NCBI GenBank assembly: GCA_947457195.1
Contig: CANGUU010000007.1
Coordinates: 2,967 to 66,966, forward strand
Direction: 5' to 3'
DNA from: Gammaproteobacteria bacterium
Lineage (GTDB): Bacteria > Pseudomonadota > Gammaproteobacteria > Pseudomonadales > Pseudohongiellaceae
Length of the DNA: 64,000 bases
Under the pieces are notes generated by a model that was given only the letters and a program-made list of their open reading frames with translations, searched no databases and was not told the DNA's origin. Made by a program: the position numbers and the translations under genes. This document shows positions 1-9,468 of this stretch, piece after piece. The number at the start of each line of letters is the position of its first letter. Positions within the stretch are counted from its first letter, which is position 1.

Positions 1-1
1 G

Positions 2-139
2 CTGAACAAGCTGCGCACGCTGACACTCGGCCCGCAGGTGGAGTGGGCAGAGACCTTCTACCGCTTCAGCGCGGCCGAGCTGCATGAGTCACTGTCGGCG
101 TGGATCCAGCACCGGGTGGCCGGCATGCTGGCGCCGTGA
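2..139 (+). CDS. 3' end of an unidentified gene (C-terminal 45 codons only)
   Basis: An open frame runs from the window edge to TGA at 137-139 with GC-rich third positions (LNKLRTLTLGPQVEWAETFYRFSAAELHESLSAWIQHRVAGMLAP*). The fragment is too short to assign a family. Confidence 0.3.
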   Translation: MNKLRTLTLGPQVEWAETFYRFSAAELHESLSAWIQHRVAGMLAP

Positions 140-229
140 AGGCGGGGGCGCGACGTTGGCGCTCCGGGCGAGACTCCCGCCGTCGAGACGTTGCCGACAG
201 ACGGGCTTGGCGGTGGCGTCAGGTCGCTT

Positions 230-1561
230 TCAGGGCCCCGCTGGCGGGGCGTTGAGCTGCTCGCTCATGCGCTGCATGTCGTCGGCGCTGAGCGTGCCGG
301 CTTCCCGGTACAGCACCAGTGTCCAGCGCATGAGGTCGTAGCGGGCCTTCTGCAGGTCGCGCTGGGCGCCGAACTGGTCGCGCAGGGCATTGAGTACATC
401 CACGCTGGTCACTGTGCCGAGTTCGTAGCCGCGCTGCATGGCGGCGTAGGCGGTGGCGGTGGACTCAGCCAGCAATTGTGCGGCCTGGATGCGCGATTCC
501 CCGGCCTTGATCTGGAAGTACGCAGTCCGGGCGCGATCCTGCACTTCCAGGCTGGTCAGGCGCAGCTCGCTCTCGGCGATGTTGCGCTGGCTTTCGGCGG
601 CACGCACCTGCGCGCGGTTGCTGCCGCCGGCAAAGATCGGCATGGAAACATCCACGCCGATGTAGTTGATGTCGGCGCGGTCGAGCGGAAAGTTGTCGAA
701 GCCGGTGTTGGTGGTGGAGTGCTGTACCACCAGCGAAACGCGCGGCAGGTAGGCGCCGCGCTGCTGCGATATGGCGCGGTCGGCGGCGCGCAGCGCATAG
801 TCCCGGGCCTCGATGCGCTTGTTGTTGTCGCCCGCGCGCGTCAGCCATTCCTCCAGACTGCCCTCGAGCGGGGTAACCGTGACTTCATCGGGCAGGCGGC
901 TGAGCCCGCCCACGGCGATGCCGCTGCTGGCCTGCAGGTTGGCGCGCTCGATGGTCAGCACGCTTTCAGCATCGACGCGCCGGGTTTCCACGGCAGCGGC
1001 GCGCGCCTGGCCGTCGTAGAGGTCGGTGATCCTGGCGAGCTGCAGATTGAAGAGCTGCTGGATCTGGTTGACCTGATTGCGGGTGGCTTCCAGTTCGGAA
1101 TTGATCGAGCGCAGCGCGTCTTCGGCCTGCAGTGCTGTCAGGTAGTCGTCGGCTACGGCCGTGAGCAGTTCGGCCAGCTGGGCGTAGTACTCGGCTTCGT
1201 TTTGGCCTTCCAGCAGCGTAGCCTGCCGGCGCGCTTCGAATGCCTGCCAGCTGAACAACACCTGGCTCAGCTGCACGGCATAGCGTTCACCAGTGAACTC
1301 CTGCCGCCTGGCGTTTGCCGTACGGCTGTTGTCGGAGATGTTGGCCGTGGCGCTCACCTGCGGCAGCAGCTGGCCGGTGGCAGCATCGATGCGCGCCTCG
1401 CCGATCTTCCAGCGCTCCCGCGCTGCTTGCAGCAGCGGGCTGTAGTTGATGGCAGCGGTAAAGAAGTCTTCCAGCGTGGTCCCCGCGGGCTGAGGGTCCT
1501 GCGCGGAGGCAGTCGCACTGGCCACAAGACCAAGCGTCAGCACCAGAGCATGCAGTTTCAT
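230..1561 (-). CDS. TolC-family outer membrane efflux protein, type I secretion OMP component
   Basis: 443 aa with an N-terminal signal peptide (MKLHALVLTLGLVASATASA). The Q/A/L/R-rich two-repeat composition is typical of TolC. The start lies 2 nt after the stop of the upstream HlyD-family gene, making it the last gene of the ABC-MFP-OMP operon. Confidence 0.85.
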   Translation of the reverse strand: MKLHALVLTLGLVASATASAQDPQPAGTTLEDFFTAAINYSPLLQAARERWKIGEARIDAATGQLLPQVSATANISDNSRTANARRQEFTGERYAVQLSQVLFSWQAFEARRQATLLEGQNEAEYYAQLAELLTAVADDYLTALQAEDALRSINSELEATRNQVNQIQQLFNLQLARITDLYDGQARAAAVETRRVDAESVLTIERANLQASSGIAVGGLSRLPDEVTVTPLEGSLEEWLTRAGDNNKRIEARDYALRAADRAISQQRGAYLPRVSLVVQHSTTNTGFDNFPLDRADINYIGVDVSMPIFAGGSNRAQVRAAESQRNIAESELRLTSLEVQDRARTAYFQIKAGESRIQAAQLLAESTATAYAAMQRGYELGTVTSVDVLNALRDQFGAQRDLQKARYDLMRWTLVLYREAGTLSADDMQRMSEQLNAPPAGP

Positions 1562-1563
1562 GG

Positions 1564-2952
1564 TCAGTCTTCCCGGAAGCTGCGGGCAACGGAATCGGAA
1601 AGCGGCTTCAGCAGATACTGGATGAAGGTACGCGCCCCGGTGGTGATGAACACCTCGGCCGGCATGCCGGGCACGAGCTCCTGTCCGTTCAGTTCCGTGA
1701 GGGATTCAGGCTTCAACGCCAGGCGTGCCAGGTAGAACTGGGTACCCTGCGAATCGGTGAGGATATCGGCCGAGACCGTGGTCACCGTACCGTACAGCAC
1801 CGGTACCGTGCGGCTATTCATGGCGGTCATGCGGACGGATGCCTCTTGGCCGACTGCCACGCGGTCGATGTCCATCGGTGAGATCTTCGCTTCAATGATC
1901 AGCTCGTCGCTCTCCGGCACGATCTCGGCAATGATGGTACCGGGTGGCAGCACGCTCCCCGGCGTATGCACCGTGAGGCCATTGACGATGCCGGCCTCCG
2001 GTGTGCGGACTTCCGTGCGGCTCACTACGTCGGACAGCGCAGTGATGCGCTCGCGGTATTCCTGCAGGCGGGACTGGACGTCCGCGAGCTCCTCCACCAC
2101 ATCGGACTGCAGGCGGTTTTTCAATTGCAGGATCTGCAATCGGGTTTCCCCGATCTGGATTTGCGTGGACGCGATGGTAGCGGCCAGATCAGCGGCATCG
2201 CCATTGGTCAGGGTCAGGCTGCGCTCGAGTTCGCGCAGGCGGGATTTTTCCGCGAAGCCCTCGTCGAGCAACTGGCGGAAGTCCTGCACTTCGTCGCTGT
2301 AGGACGCAGCCAGTGCCAGTTTGCTTTCGCGTACGGCCTGCAATCCCTCCACGCGCGATTCGAGCTGACCGATGCGCTGTTCGAGCACGGAGATCTCGCC
2401 CTCGTTGGTGGTTTTGTTGGCCAGGAATATGCGCTGCTGCGCAGCCATTTCGGCGGCAGCTACCGGGTCGGACAGATCGAGGCCCGCAGGTGCTTCCACC
2501 GTGGTCTTGCCATCGCGCGCGGCCAGCAAGCGGGCCTCCAGCGCAAGCTGCGCTTTCAGCATGCCGCGGAGCGTGTCGAGCTGGCTGAGCGACTGCGTAT
2601 TGTCCATTTCCAGCAAGACATCGTTGGGCTGCACCTTGTCGCCATCGCTCACATGCACCACCTTGACGATACCGCCTTCCAGGTGCTGGATGGGCTTCTT
2701 GAACGACTTGACTGTGACCTGGCCCACGGCGTGGGCTGCGCTGTCGATGGGCGCCAGCACGGCCCACAGGCCGAACACGCCGAACACCAGCCCTGCCACG
2801 AGCAAGCCGATACGCTTCGGTGCATCGATATTGCTTTCATCGCTCGATGCGCGTTCGCGTACGACCAGTACGTCTTCCAGGCGCGCCAGTGCGCCCCCTG
2901 CCGTGTTCGGCACCGGCTCCTTGCCGAACACCACGCCTGAATTGTCTGCCAC
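1564..2952 (-). CDS. HlyD-family type I secretion periplasmic adaptor (membrane fusion protein)
   Basis: 462 aa. It has a single N-terminal TM helix (IGLLVAGLVFGVFGLWAVLAPI), a lipoyl-like hairpin (GGIVKVVHVSDGDKVQPNDVLLEMD), a long coiled coil and a C-terminal beta-barrel domain. It lies between the ABC and TolC genes. Confidence 0.9.
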   Translation of the reverse strand: MADNSGVVFGKEPVPNTAGGALARLEDVLVVRERASSDESNIDAPKRIGLLVAGLVFGVFGLWAVLAPIDSAAHAVGQVTVKSFKKPIQHLEGGIVKVVHVSDGDKVQPNDVLLEMDNTQSLSQLDTLRGMLKAQLALEARLLAARDGKTTVEAPAGLDLSDPVAAAEMAAQQRIFLANKTTNEGEISVLEQRIGQLESRVEGLQAVRESKLALAASYSDEVQDFRQLLDEGFAEKSRLRELERSLTLTNGDAADLAATIASTQIQIGETRLQILQLKNRLQSDVVEELADVQSRLQEYRERITALSDVVSRTEVRTPEAGIVNGLTVHTPGSVLPPGTIIAEIVPESDELIIEAKISPMDIDRVAVGQEASVRMTAMNSRTVPVLYGTVTTVSADILTDSQGTQFYLARLALKPESLTELNGQELVPGMPAEVFITTGARTFIQYLLKPLSDSVARSFRED

Positions 2953-2997
2953 GGCCTTATTCCTGATATCCGAGAGGGGAGATGTTTTGATGCCCGT

Positions 2998-4716
2998 TCA
3001 TGCCGCCGACCCGAGTTTGGGGGCAGGTTGGGCCAGCTGGCTCAGTACCTGCTCGCGCGGGCCAAAGCCCAGCATGGCGCCATCTTTAAGCACCAGCACC
3101 TTGTCGACCGTACCGAGAATCATGGTGCGATGGCTCACGATCACCACCGTACAGCCGGCCGCCTTGATGCGCTGAATGGCCAGCACCAGTTCACGTTCGC
3201 CCTGATCGTCGAGGTTCGAGTTCGGCTCGTCCAGCACCAGCAGGCGTGGCTCGCCATAGATCGCTCGCGCCAGCCCGATGCGCTGGCGCTGCCCACCGGA
3301 CAGCACGCCGCCGCTGCCGCCGATCACCGTATCGTAGCCCTCCGGTTGGCGCAGGATCAGGTCATGCACGCCGGACATCTGCGCGGCCGCCACGATTTTT
3401 TCGGCATCGCGCTCGCCGAAGCGGCAGATGTTGTCGGCGATCGTCCCGTCGAAGAGTTCGATGTCCTGCGGCAGGTATCCGATGTAGGGACCCAGGTCCT
3501 GGCGGTTCCAGAGGGTGATGTCGGCGCCGTCCAGCCGCACTTTGCCGCTGGCCGACGGCCATACGCCGAGGATGGCGCGCGCCAGCGTGGATTTGCCGGA
3601 GGCGCTCGGGCCGATCACGCCCAGCACTTCACCGGCGGCGAGCTGGAAGTTGATGCCGCGCAGCACCGGCACTCGCGCACCCGGCGGCGTCACATAGATT
3701 TGCTCTACCGACAGGTGTCCGAGCGGGGCCGGCAGTTGTAGCCGCTCATTGGTGGCTGGTACCTGTTCGAGCAGCGCGCAGAGGCGCTCGTACTGGGCGC
3801 GGGCGACCGAGAATGATTTCCACGTGCCCACCAGCATATCGATCGGGGCCAGCGCACGACCAAGCAGCAAGGAGCCCGCCACCATCGCGCCGCCGGTCAC
3901 CTCCTGGTTGAGCGCCAGCCAGGCGCCCAGTCCCAGGATGAGCGACTGCACCACCTGTCGGAAGGTCTTCGACATCGATGTGAGGAAGCCGGCCATCTTG
4001 CTGGCCTCGGCCTGCTGGCGGAGAACTTCCTCGCTGTACTGCTGTTGGCGGCGGCGAATCGCCGAAGTCATGCCCATCGCCTCGATGACCTCGGCATTGC
4101 GCAGGCTATTGACCAAGTGAGCGTTGGCCTTCGCCATCTCGACGTTGGCATCCTTGAGGCGACCGGTGGTGCTGATGTCGGTTACGTAGGCCAGACCGGC
4201 CATCACGATGGCGGCGAAGATCGTCATCAGCCCGTAGCTGTAATGGAACATGAACATCACTGCCAGGTAGATGGGAAACCACGGCACGTCGAAAAAGGCA
4301 AAAATACCGTTGCCGGTGAGAAACTGCCGGAGACTGGTGAGGTCGTTGATGGCCTGAGCGTTGCCCTTGCCCTGTGTTGACTGCAGCGCCGTCTTGAAGG
4401 TTGCGTTGAACACGCGCTCACGCAGGGAGCGCTCGATCTTGTTGCTGGCGAACACCAGCAGATAGGAGCGCACCCACTCGAATGCACCGGTAGCCACCAG
4501 CAGGAACAGTACCAGCAGCGTGAGATACAGCAGGGTGGAGTAGCTGCCGCTGGCTAATACACGATCGTAGACCTGCATCATGTATAGGATCGGCGCAAGT
4601 TGCAGAATATTGATCGCTGCACTGAAGGCGCCGGCGTAGATGAAGTGCTGCCGGATCGCCTGCAGCGCATCCAGCAGTTCCCTCGGTGGTTTCGGATAAT
4701 TGAAGTTCTTCATCAC
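2998..4716 (-). CDS. Type I secretion system permease/ATPase (PrtD/RsaD type, no C39 peptidase domain)
   Basis: 572 aa with an N-terminal 6-TM domain (LAPILYMMQVYDRVL motif). Walker A is GPSASGKST, the ABC signature is LSGGQRQR and Walker B is LLVLDEP. The size and the lack of an N-terminal peptidase domain fit RTX/S-layer exporters. Confidence 0.9.
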   Translation of the reverse strand: MMKNFNYPKPPRELLDALQAIRQHFIYAGAFSAAINILQLAPILYMMQVYDRVLASGSYSTLLYLTLLVLFLLVATGAFEWVRSYLLVFASNKIERSLRERVFNATFKTALQSTQGKGNAQAINDLTSLRQFLTGNGIFAFFDVPWFPIYLAVMFMFHYSYGLMTIFAAIVMAGLAYVTDISTTGRLKDANVEMAKANAHLVNSLRNAEVIEAMGMTSAIRRRQQQYSEEVLRQQAEASKMAGFLTSMSKTFRQVVQSLILGLGAWLALNQEVTGGAMVAGSLLLGRALAPIDMLVGTWKSFSVARAQYERLCALLEQVPATNERLQLPAPLGHLSVEQIYVTPPGARVPVLRGINFQLAAGEVLGVIGPSASGKSTLARAILGVWPSASGKVRLDGADITLWNRQDLGPYIGYLPQDIELFDGTIADNICRFGERDAEKIVAAAQMSGVHDLILRQPEGYDTVIGGSGGVLSGGQRQRIGLARAIYGEPRLLVLDEPNSNLDDQGERELVLAIQRIKAAGCTVVIVSHRTMILGTVDKVLVLKDGAMLGFGPREQVLSQLAQPAPKLGSAA

Positions 4717-4990
4717 TGGCCTTTGTGTGCGCCGGCTGCATGGGCTGCGAGCGTAGAGCGCGTGGGGAGTGGTGTGACCGCCGATGGAACCCCAGGCGAA
4801 GTTCCCGCGGAGCTCTGTGGCGCAGAGCCCGCCATACCGCGCTCTGTTTTTGCCTTGTGGCGCGCTACCCGTCGTGCCGTGTTTATGGTGGCATTCGGGC
4901 GCCTTTCAATCGGGAGCGGTCAATTCCGGGTGGATTGTAGCCGAAGGCGGTGGTCACACCTACATCCCATTGGTCGGCACCGCGCCACGG

Positions 4991-5692
4991 TCAAAGCTCC
5001 TTGCTGCCCTCCACGTAGCTCTTCAGCAGGGCCAGCGAAGGGATCAGCAGGCGCGCGGCACCGTCGCGCTGTACCACGCCTTCCTGCTGCAAGGTCTGGA
5101 AGACGCGCGTGACCGTTTCTCGGCTGAGATTGAGCATGATGGCGATCTCCATGTGGGTGGGAGGATTGCGGATCTGCCCTTGCTGCAGTGCTGATTTTTC
5201 CTGCTCCTCCACCAGCAGCCACAGCTGCCAGCACACGCGCTGGGCGATGTTGGGCAGGCCGAGCAATGAGCGCTGCAAAGTGAGTTGCCGCACGCGGCGC
5301 GCCAGACGCTCGCCGAGAGAGGTGACCACCGGTGGGCAGGTTTCCATGGCGTCACGCAGCGCTGGCAACGGCACCCAGACCACCATCGCCGGCGCCAGCA
5401 CGATCACGAACTCCGGCTGTGGGCCGCTGTCGAACAGCGCGAGTTCGCCGCAGAAATCCCCGGGCTCTACGAAAAACAGCCCCACTTCGCGGCCGTCGAC
5501 GGTAAAATCCACGCCCTGCAGACGGCCCTCGAACAGAAAGCAGACGCGCTCTCCCCGCTCGCCGGCCTTCAGCACCACGGCGCGGCGCGCAAAACGCTCC
5601 ACGCTGCTTTGCTGGGCAAGCAGCCCCCGGCCGCTTGCAGGCAGCAGGCGGAGCAGGGGAAACGCGCTGAGCAGCTCGGGTGTGACGACCAT
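4991..5692 (-). CDS. Crp/Fnr-family transcriptional regulator (cNMP-binding-like domain plus C-terminal HTH)
   Basis: 233 aa. The beta-roll core is GDFCGELALF. The C-terminal HTH THMEIAIMLNLSRETVTRVFQTLQQEGVV has a recognition helix R-E-T-V-T-R that matches E. coli CRP RETVGR (R180/E181/R185). By manual alignment the phosphate-binding Arg-Ser of CRP appears replaced by Pro-Glu. Confidence 0.85.
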   Translation of the reverse strand: MVVTPELLSAFPLLRLLPASGRGLLAQQSSVERFARRAVVLKAGERGERVCFLFEGRLQGVDFTVDGREVGLFFVEPGDFCGELALFDSGPQPEFVIVLAPAMVVWVPLPALRDAMETCPPVVTSLGERLARRVRQLTLQRSLLGLPNIAQRVCWQLWLLVEEQEKSALQQGQIRNPPTHMEIAIMLNLSRETVTRVFQTLQQEGVVQRDGAARLLIPSLALLKSYVEGSKEL

Positions 5693-5811
5693 CAGCAGTC
5701 CAGGAAAGCCCCGACAGCCTGGTGGCGGAAAACGCCCAGGCCGGGAGCCGGAAAGACGGAGGCGAGTATAAGTGTCTGAGTTGTAACGGCAAACCGCGGA
5801 TGCGGCAGCCG

Positions 5812-5827
5812 TGTGACCTCGGTCACT
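5812..5827. promoter_or_regulatory. CRP-type box TGTGA-CCTCGG-TCACT (9/10 to TGTGA-N6-TCACA) in the divergent promoter between the Crp-family gene and the FecR/CHASE2 operon
   Basis: Read directly from the sequence. The site centre is 5819.5. A TATACT hexamer on the minus strand (5770-5765) would place the centre near -61.5 for the regulator gene. A TAACAT hexamer on the plus strand (5850-5855) would place it near -42.5 for the FecR operon. Both -10 assignments are by eye only. Confidence 0.45.
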
Positions 5828-6014
5828 TCAGCCCGGGCGCCGCCGGCAGTAACATTTGTGTTCACGAAAACCCGCAAGCGCTCGACTGCAGGAGGGCTTG
5901 ATCCGGTGAAGGCCCGACAGAATGTAGAGTAGCTGCCGCTCGGGTGGGTGGCAGACAGCAGCAGCTGCTGGAGCTGCTCAGGTGAACGTCAAACAGACAG
6001 GTGAGGTTGCTGCC

Positions 6015-7439
6015 ATGCAACGCGTGTCACGGACAATTCCCGCTTTTGCGCTCGCCGCCACTACGCTGCTGGCCGCGGCTGTTGCCAGCGCGTCCGGGGT
6101 AGCGCCAGTGCTGGCCATCGGTGAAATCACGCTCGTGCTCGGCAAGGCCGAAGTCAAGCGCGCCGGTGGCGCCGTGGTGCCCGCCACCGTGGGCCTGCCG
6201 GTGCACGTCAACGACCTGATCGAAACCAATGCGCGCGGCCACGTACACGTGCACTTCGTCGACGATGCGCTGGTGAGCGTGCGGCCGCAGAGCCGGCTGG
6301 AGATCCTGCGCTATGACTACGACCCGGCCCGCCCCGCCGAATCCGCAGTCAAGATGAACCTCATCGAAGGCGAAACCCACGCCATTTCCGGCGAGGCCGC
6401 CAAGGCCGCGCGCCAGAATTACCGCATGAACACGCCCATCGCTGCCATCGGCGTGCGCGGCACGGACTACACGGTCACCGCCTCGCGTGAGGCCGTCACC
6501 GCCATCGTCAACGAAGGGGCCATCGTGGTGGCGCCGTTTTCCAGCGGTTGCTCGGCTGACACGCTCGGGCCCTGCAACCAGGGTGCCGTGGAGCTGAACG
6601 GCTATTCGCGTGAGCTGCTGGCACTCAGTGCCGACGCCGCCGGCGTGCGCTCCACGCTGCTGCCGCTCGGGCCGGTGGAAGGCCGCGCCGCCGAATTGCA
6701 GACGGCACCCAGCCCAGAACCGCAGGCCACCGCCAAGCAGGCCGAAGGCCAGCAGCTCTACAACGACACGGTCTCCACCCGTACTGTGAACACCAAGTTG
6801 GCCAGCTCCAGCGAATCCGCCAAGGCGCCAGCCGCTCCCACGCCGCTGGCGCCCACCCCGGTGCCGGTCACGCCCGCCCCTCCGCCCGTGCCTGAATTCA
6901 CGCCGCCCGTAGCCGTGCCTGCCACCACGCTCGCCAGTCAGGGCCAGCTGGTGTGGGGCCGCTGGACCGAAAACAACCTGGCCAACGAGCGCATCTCGGT
7001 TTCGTACGATGTCGCCCGCCAAGATGGCCGCAGCGTGTCGGTGGGCAACACGGTCTACGCGCTGTTCCGCGCCAGCGGCAGCGAGACCGTCTTCAAGCCC
7101 ACGCTCGGCGTGCTGCAGTTCAGCTTGCAGAAAGCGCAGGCCCTCTACAGCACGGCCGGCCGGACCGACCTCATGGGCGTTTCCGGCGGCAAATTGCAGC
7201 TGGACTTCGAACAGGCGCTGTTTTCCACCACGTTGCAGCTCAGCCACGAGGCGCTCGGTAATTACCAGTTCGCCACCAGCGGGCGTATTTATTCCGGCGG
7301 CGTGTTCCACGCCAACAACGAGACGCAGGCCATGGCCGGCGCACTCAGTTACGACAACAAGGAAGCCGGCTACTTCTTCGAGCGCACGCTGCCCGGCGGC
7401 ACCATCTCCGGCATCACCCTGTGGAACCGCGCCCCGTGA
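6015..7439 (+). CDS. Secreted FecR-domain protein with Pro-rich linker and C-terminal beta-rich domain
   Basis: ATG 6015 is preceded by AGGTGAGG (5999-6006). The signal peptide is MQRVSRTIPAFALAATTLLAAAVASA with no lipobox Cys. The FecR-like segment is GEITLVLGKAEVKRAGG...VHVNDLIETNARGHVHVHFVDDALVSVRPQSRLEI. A Pro-rich linker (APAAPTPLAPTPVPVTPAPPPVP) is followed by a roughly 170-aa domain with an alternating-hydrophobic pattern. An alternative GTG start lies at 5982. Confidence 0.75.
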   Translation: MQRVSRTIPAFALAATTLLAAAVASASGVAPVLAIGEITLVLGKAEVKRAGGAVVPATVGLPVHVNDLIETNARGHVHVHFVDDALVSVRPQSRLEILRYDYDPARPAESAVKMNLIEGETHAISGEAAKAARQNYRMNTPIAAIGVRGTDYTVTASREAVTAIVNEGAIVVAPFSSGCSADTLGPCNQGAVELNGYSRELLALSADAAGVRSTLLPLGPVEGRAAELQTAPSPEPQATAKQAEGQQLYNDTVSTRTVNTKLASSSESAKAPAAPTPLAPTPVPVTPAPPPVPEFTPPVAVPATTLASQGQLVWGRWTENNLANERISVSYDVARQDGRSVSVGNTVYALFRASGSETVFKPTLGVLQFSLQKAQALYSTAGRTDLMGVSGGKLQLDFEQALFSTTLQLSHEALGNYQFATSGRIYSGGVFHANNETQAMAGALSYDNKEAGYFFERTLPGGTISGITLWNRAP

Positions 7440-9433
7440 AAAACAGCGCCGCCATGGCCGCCTTGCTCCGGATACCCGGCCGCCTGATCGGCCAGTGGCA
7501 GCCGTGGCAGGCGCGTGCCGGACTGCTGGCCGGTGCCGGCCTGCTCACGCTGTTGCTGCAGGCCCTGCTGCCGTCCCTGGTTTCTGGCGTCGAGGAGCAG
7601 CTCGGCAGTCTCGGATGGCGCCTCGCGCCCGATGCCCGGCAGGAAGAGCGCATCAACATCATTGCGATCGACGAGAAGAGCCTCGCCGAGGTGGGCCCGT
7701 GGCCCTGGTCGCGGCAGACCATGGCGCAGCTTGCCACCGCCCTGCAGCAGGCCGGCGTGCAGCTGCAGGCCTACGACATCGCCTTCCCCGAAGCCCGTGA
7801 GGGCGACGATGCCTTCGCCGCCGCGCTGGCCGGCACCAGCGCCGTGCTGGCGCAGGTGCCCGACCTGCTCAATCCGGGCCAGATCACCACCACCGGCCTG
7901 CTCGGGTCGCCGCTGCTCGGCGTGGCCTGCAGCAACGCCGCCAGCACCGGCAGCTACACCGGCAACACGGCCGCGCTGGCCGGCATCGCCGCCGGCCATG
8001 CCACGCCCATCGTCGACGGTGATGGCGCGGTGCGCCGCGTGCCGGCCTATATCTGTGTGAACGGGCAGCCCTATCCGGCACTGGCGTTGAGTGCCCTGCT
8101 CGCCGCCACCCGCACGGACAGCTGGCAGGCCACGCGCAGCACAGGCGCCGGGCCCTGGCAGGCGGTGCAGCAACTCACCTTCGCGGCCTACCCCGGGCTT
8201 GCCATTCCCCTCGACGCCGACGGCAATTTCCGCGTGTCGTTCCGCCAGTCCCCCGACGCCTACCGCGCAATTTCGGCCGCCGACGTGCTGGCCGGCCGCG
8301 TAGACCCCGGCGTGCTGGCCAACAGCTGGGCGCTGGTCGGCTTCACCGCCTTCGGCATGAACGATGTCGTCCCCACTCCCTTCAACGGCGCCGCCCACGG
8401 CGTGGAACTGCAGGCCCGCATCCTTGCCAGCGTGCTCGACGCCAACGTCCCCTTCACCCCGCGGGCGGCGCCCTGGCTGCTGGCGCTGCTGTGTGCCGGT
8501 TTCGCCGCCCTGCTGTGGGGGCTGGCCGCCGCGCGGGAGCGGCTCGGTAACTATGGGTTGGCGGCCGGTGCTCTGCTGCTGCCGGCGCTGGCGCTCTATG
8601 TCCACATGCAGGTGCTGGCACAGTCCGCCTGGTGGCTGGGCTGGTTTGCGCCGGCCGTGTTCGGGTTCCTGGCGGGCAGCCTGTTGCTGCTGCAGGAATA
8701 TGCCCGAGTGCGTTTCGAGCGGGCGCGGGTGTTTGGCAACCTCAGCAGCTACCTGCCAGCCGAGGTGGCCGAGGCCATTGCCTTCAGCCTTCCCGGTTCG
8801 TCGGTGAATGCCGAGCGCCGCAACGTGACGCTGCTCAGTGCCGATCTGCGCAATTTCTCGGCCTTCGGCGAAGCGCGGCCGCCCGAAGAATCGGCGGCGC
8901 TGCTGCACATGTTCTTCAGCAAAAGCACCGAGATCGTGGAGCGTTGCCACGGCCGCATCCACGAATTCAAGGGCGATTCGCTGCTGGCCGTGTGGGAAGG
9001 CAGCGACGCCAAGGCCGCCAACCACGCGGTGCAGGCCGCCCTGCTCATGCAGAGCGCCATCAGCGAGTTCCTGCCGCAGCACCCCCCTGCAGGGCTTGAG
9101 CCGCTGGCGCTCGGCATCGGCATCGAACAGGGGCCGGTGCTCATCGGCTCGCTGGGTTCGGCCCAGCGCCGCAGCCATACGCTGCTGGGCGAAACGGTCA
9201 CCATCACGCTGCGCATTCAGGAGATGACTGCCGAACTCGCCCATCCCGTGCTGATCGGCGAATGCGCTGCCCGCCAGCTGGCGGATCTGGCGCTGGTGTC
9301 GCAGGGCAGCTACCTGCTGGCCGGCCTGCGCAATCCGCATATACTCTACGCGCTTCCGTTCAGCGCCCTGGCGCAGGCAACTGCCAGGATCGAACAGCCT
9401 CCTCTCAGAGTGGTGCGCGGCGGACGCAGTTGA
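7436..9433 (+). CDS. CHASE2-domain membrane sensor fused to a class III adenylate/guanylate cyclase
   Basis: The GTG start overlaps the FecR stop (GTGA, 7436-7439). The architecture is an N-terminal TM, a roughly 300-aa periplasmic CHASE2-like domain, three TM helices (APWLLALLCAGFAALLWGLAAA...) and a cyclase domain. The cyclase domain has metal Asp motifs (LLSADLRNFS, FKGDSLLAVW) and GETVTITLRIQ. The Lys in FKGD is compatible with ATP specificity but does not prove it. The start could also be 7421 or 7454. Confidence 0.85.
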   Translation: MKNSAAMAALLRIPGRLIGQWQPWQARAGLLAGAGLLTLLLQALLPSLVSGVEEQLGSLGWRLAPDARQEERINIIAIDEKSLAEVGPWPWSRQTMAQLATALQQAGVQLQAYDIAFPEAREGDDAFAAALAGTSAVLAQVPDLLNPGQITTTGLLGSPLLGVACSNAASTGSYTGNTAALAGIAAGHATPIVDGDGAVRRVPAYICVNGQPYPALALSALLAATRTDSWQATRSTGAGPWQAVQQLTFAAYPGLAIPLDADGNFRVSFRQSPDAYRAISAADVLAGRVDPGVLANSWALVGFTAFGMNDVVPTPFNGAAHGVELQARILASVLDANVPFTPRAAPWLLALLCAGFAALLWGLAAARERLGNYGLAAGALLLPALALYVHMQVLAQSAWWLGWFAPAVFGFLAGSLLLLQEYARVRFERARVFGNLSSYLPAEVAEAIAFSLPGSSVNAERRNVTLLSADLRNFSAFGEARPPEESAALLHMFFSKSTEIVERCHGRIHEFKGDSLLAVWEGSDAKAANHAVQAALLMQSAISEFLPQHPPAGLEPLALGIGIEQGPVLIGSLGSAQRRSHTLLGETVTITLRIQEMTAELAHPVLIGECAARQLADLALVSQGSYLLAGLRNPHILYALPFSALAQATARIEQPPLRVVRGGRS

Positions 9434-9468
9434 GTTGCCCGCCACTTTCGGAGTTCCCTGGCGCTGTG

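Noticed and set aside
4773-4958. CRP half-sites upstream of the T1SS ABC gene: TGTGA at 4773-4777 and TCACA at 4954-4958.
   Set aside because: They are about 180 bp apart, and neither has a partner half-site at N6 spacing. Isolated pentamers are expected by chance.
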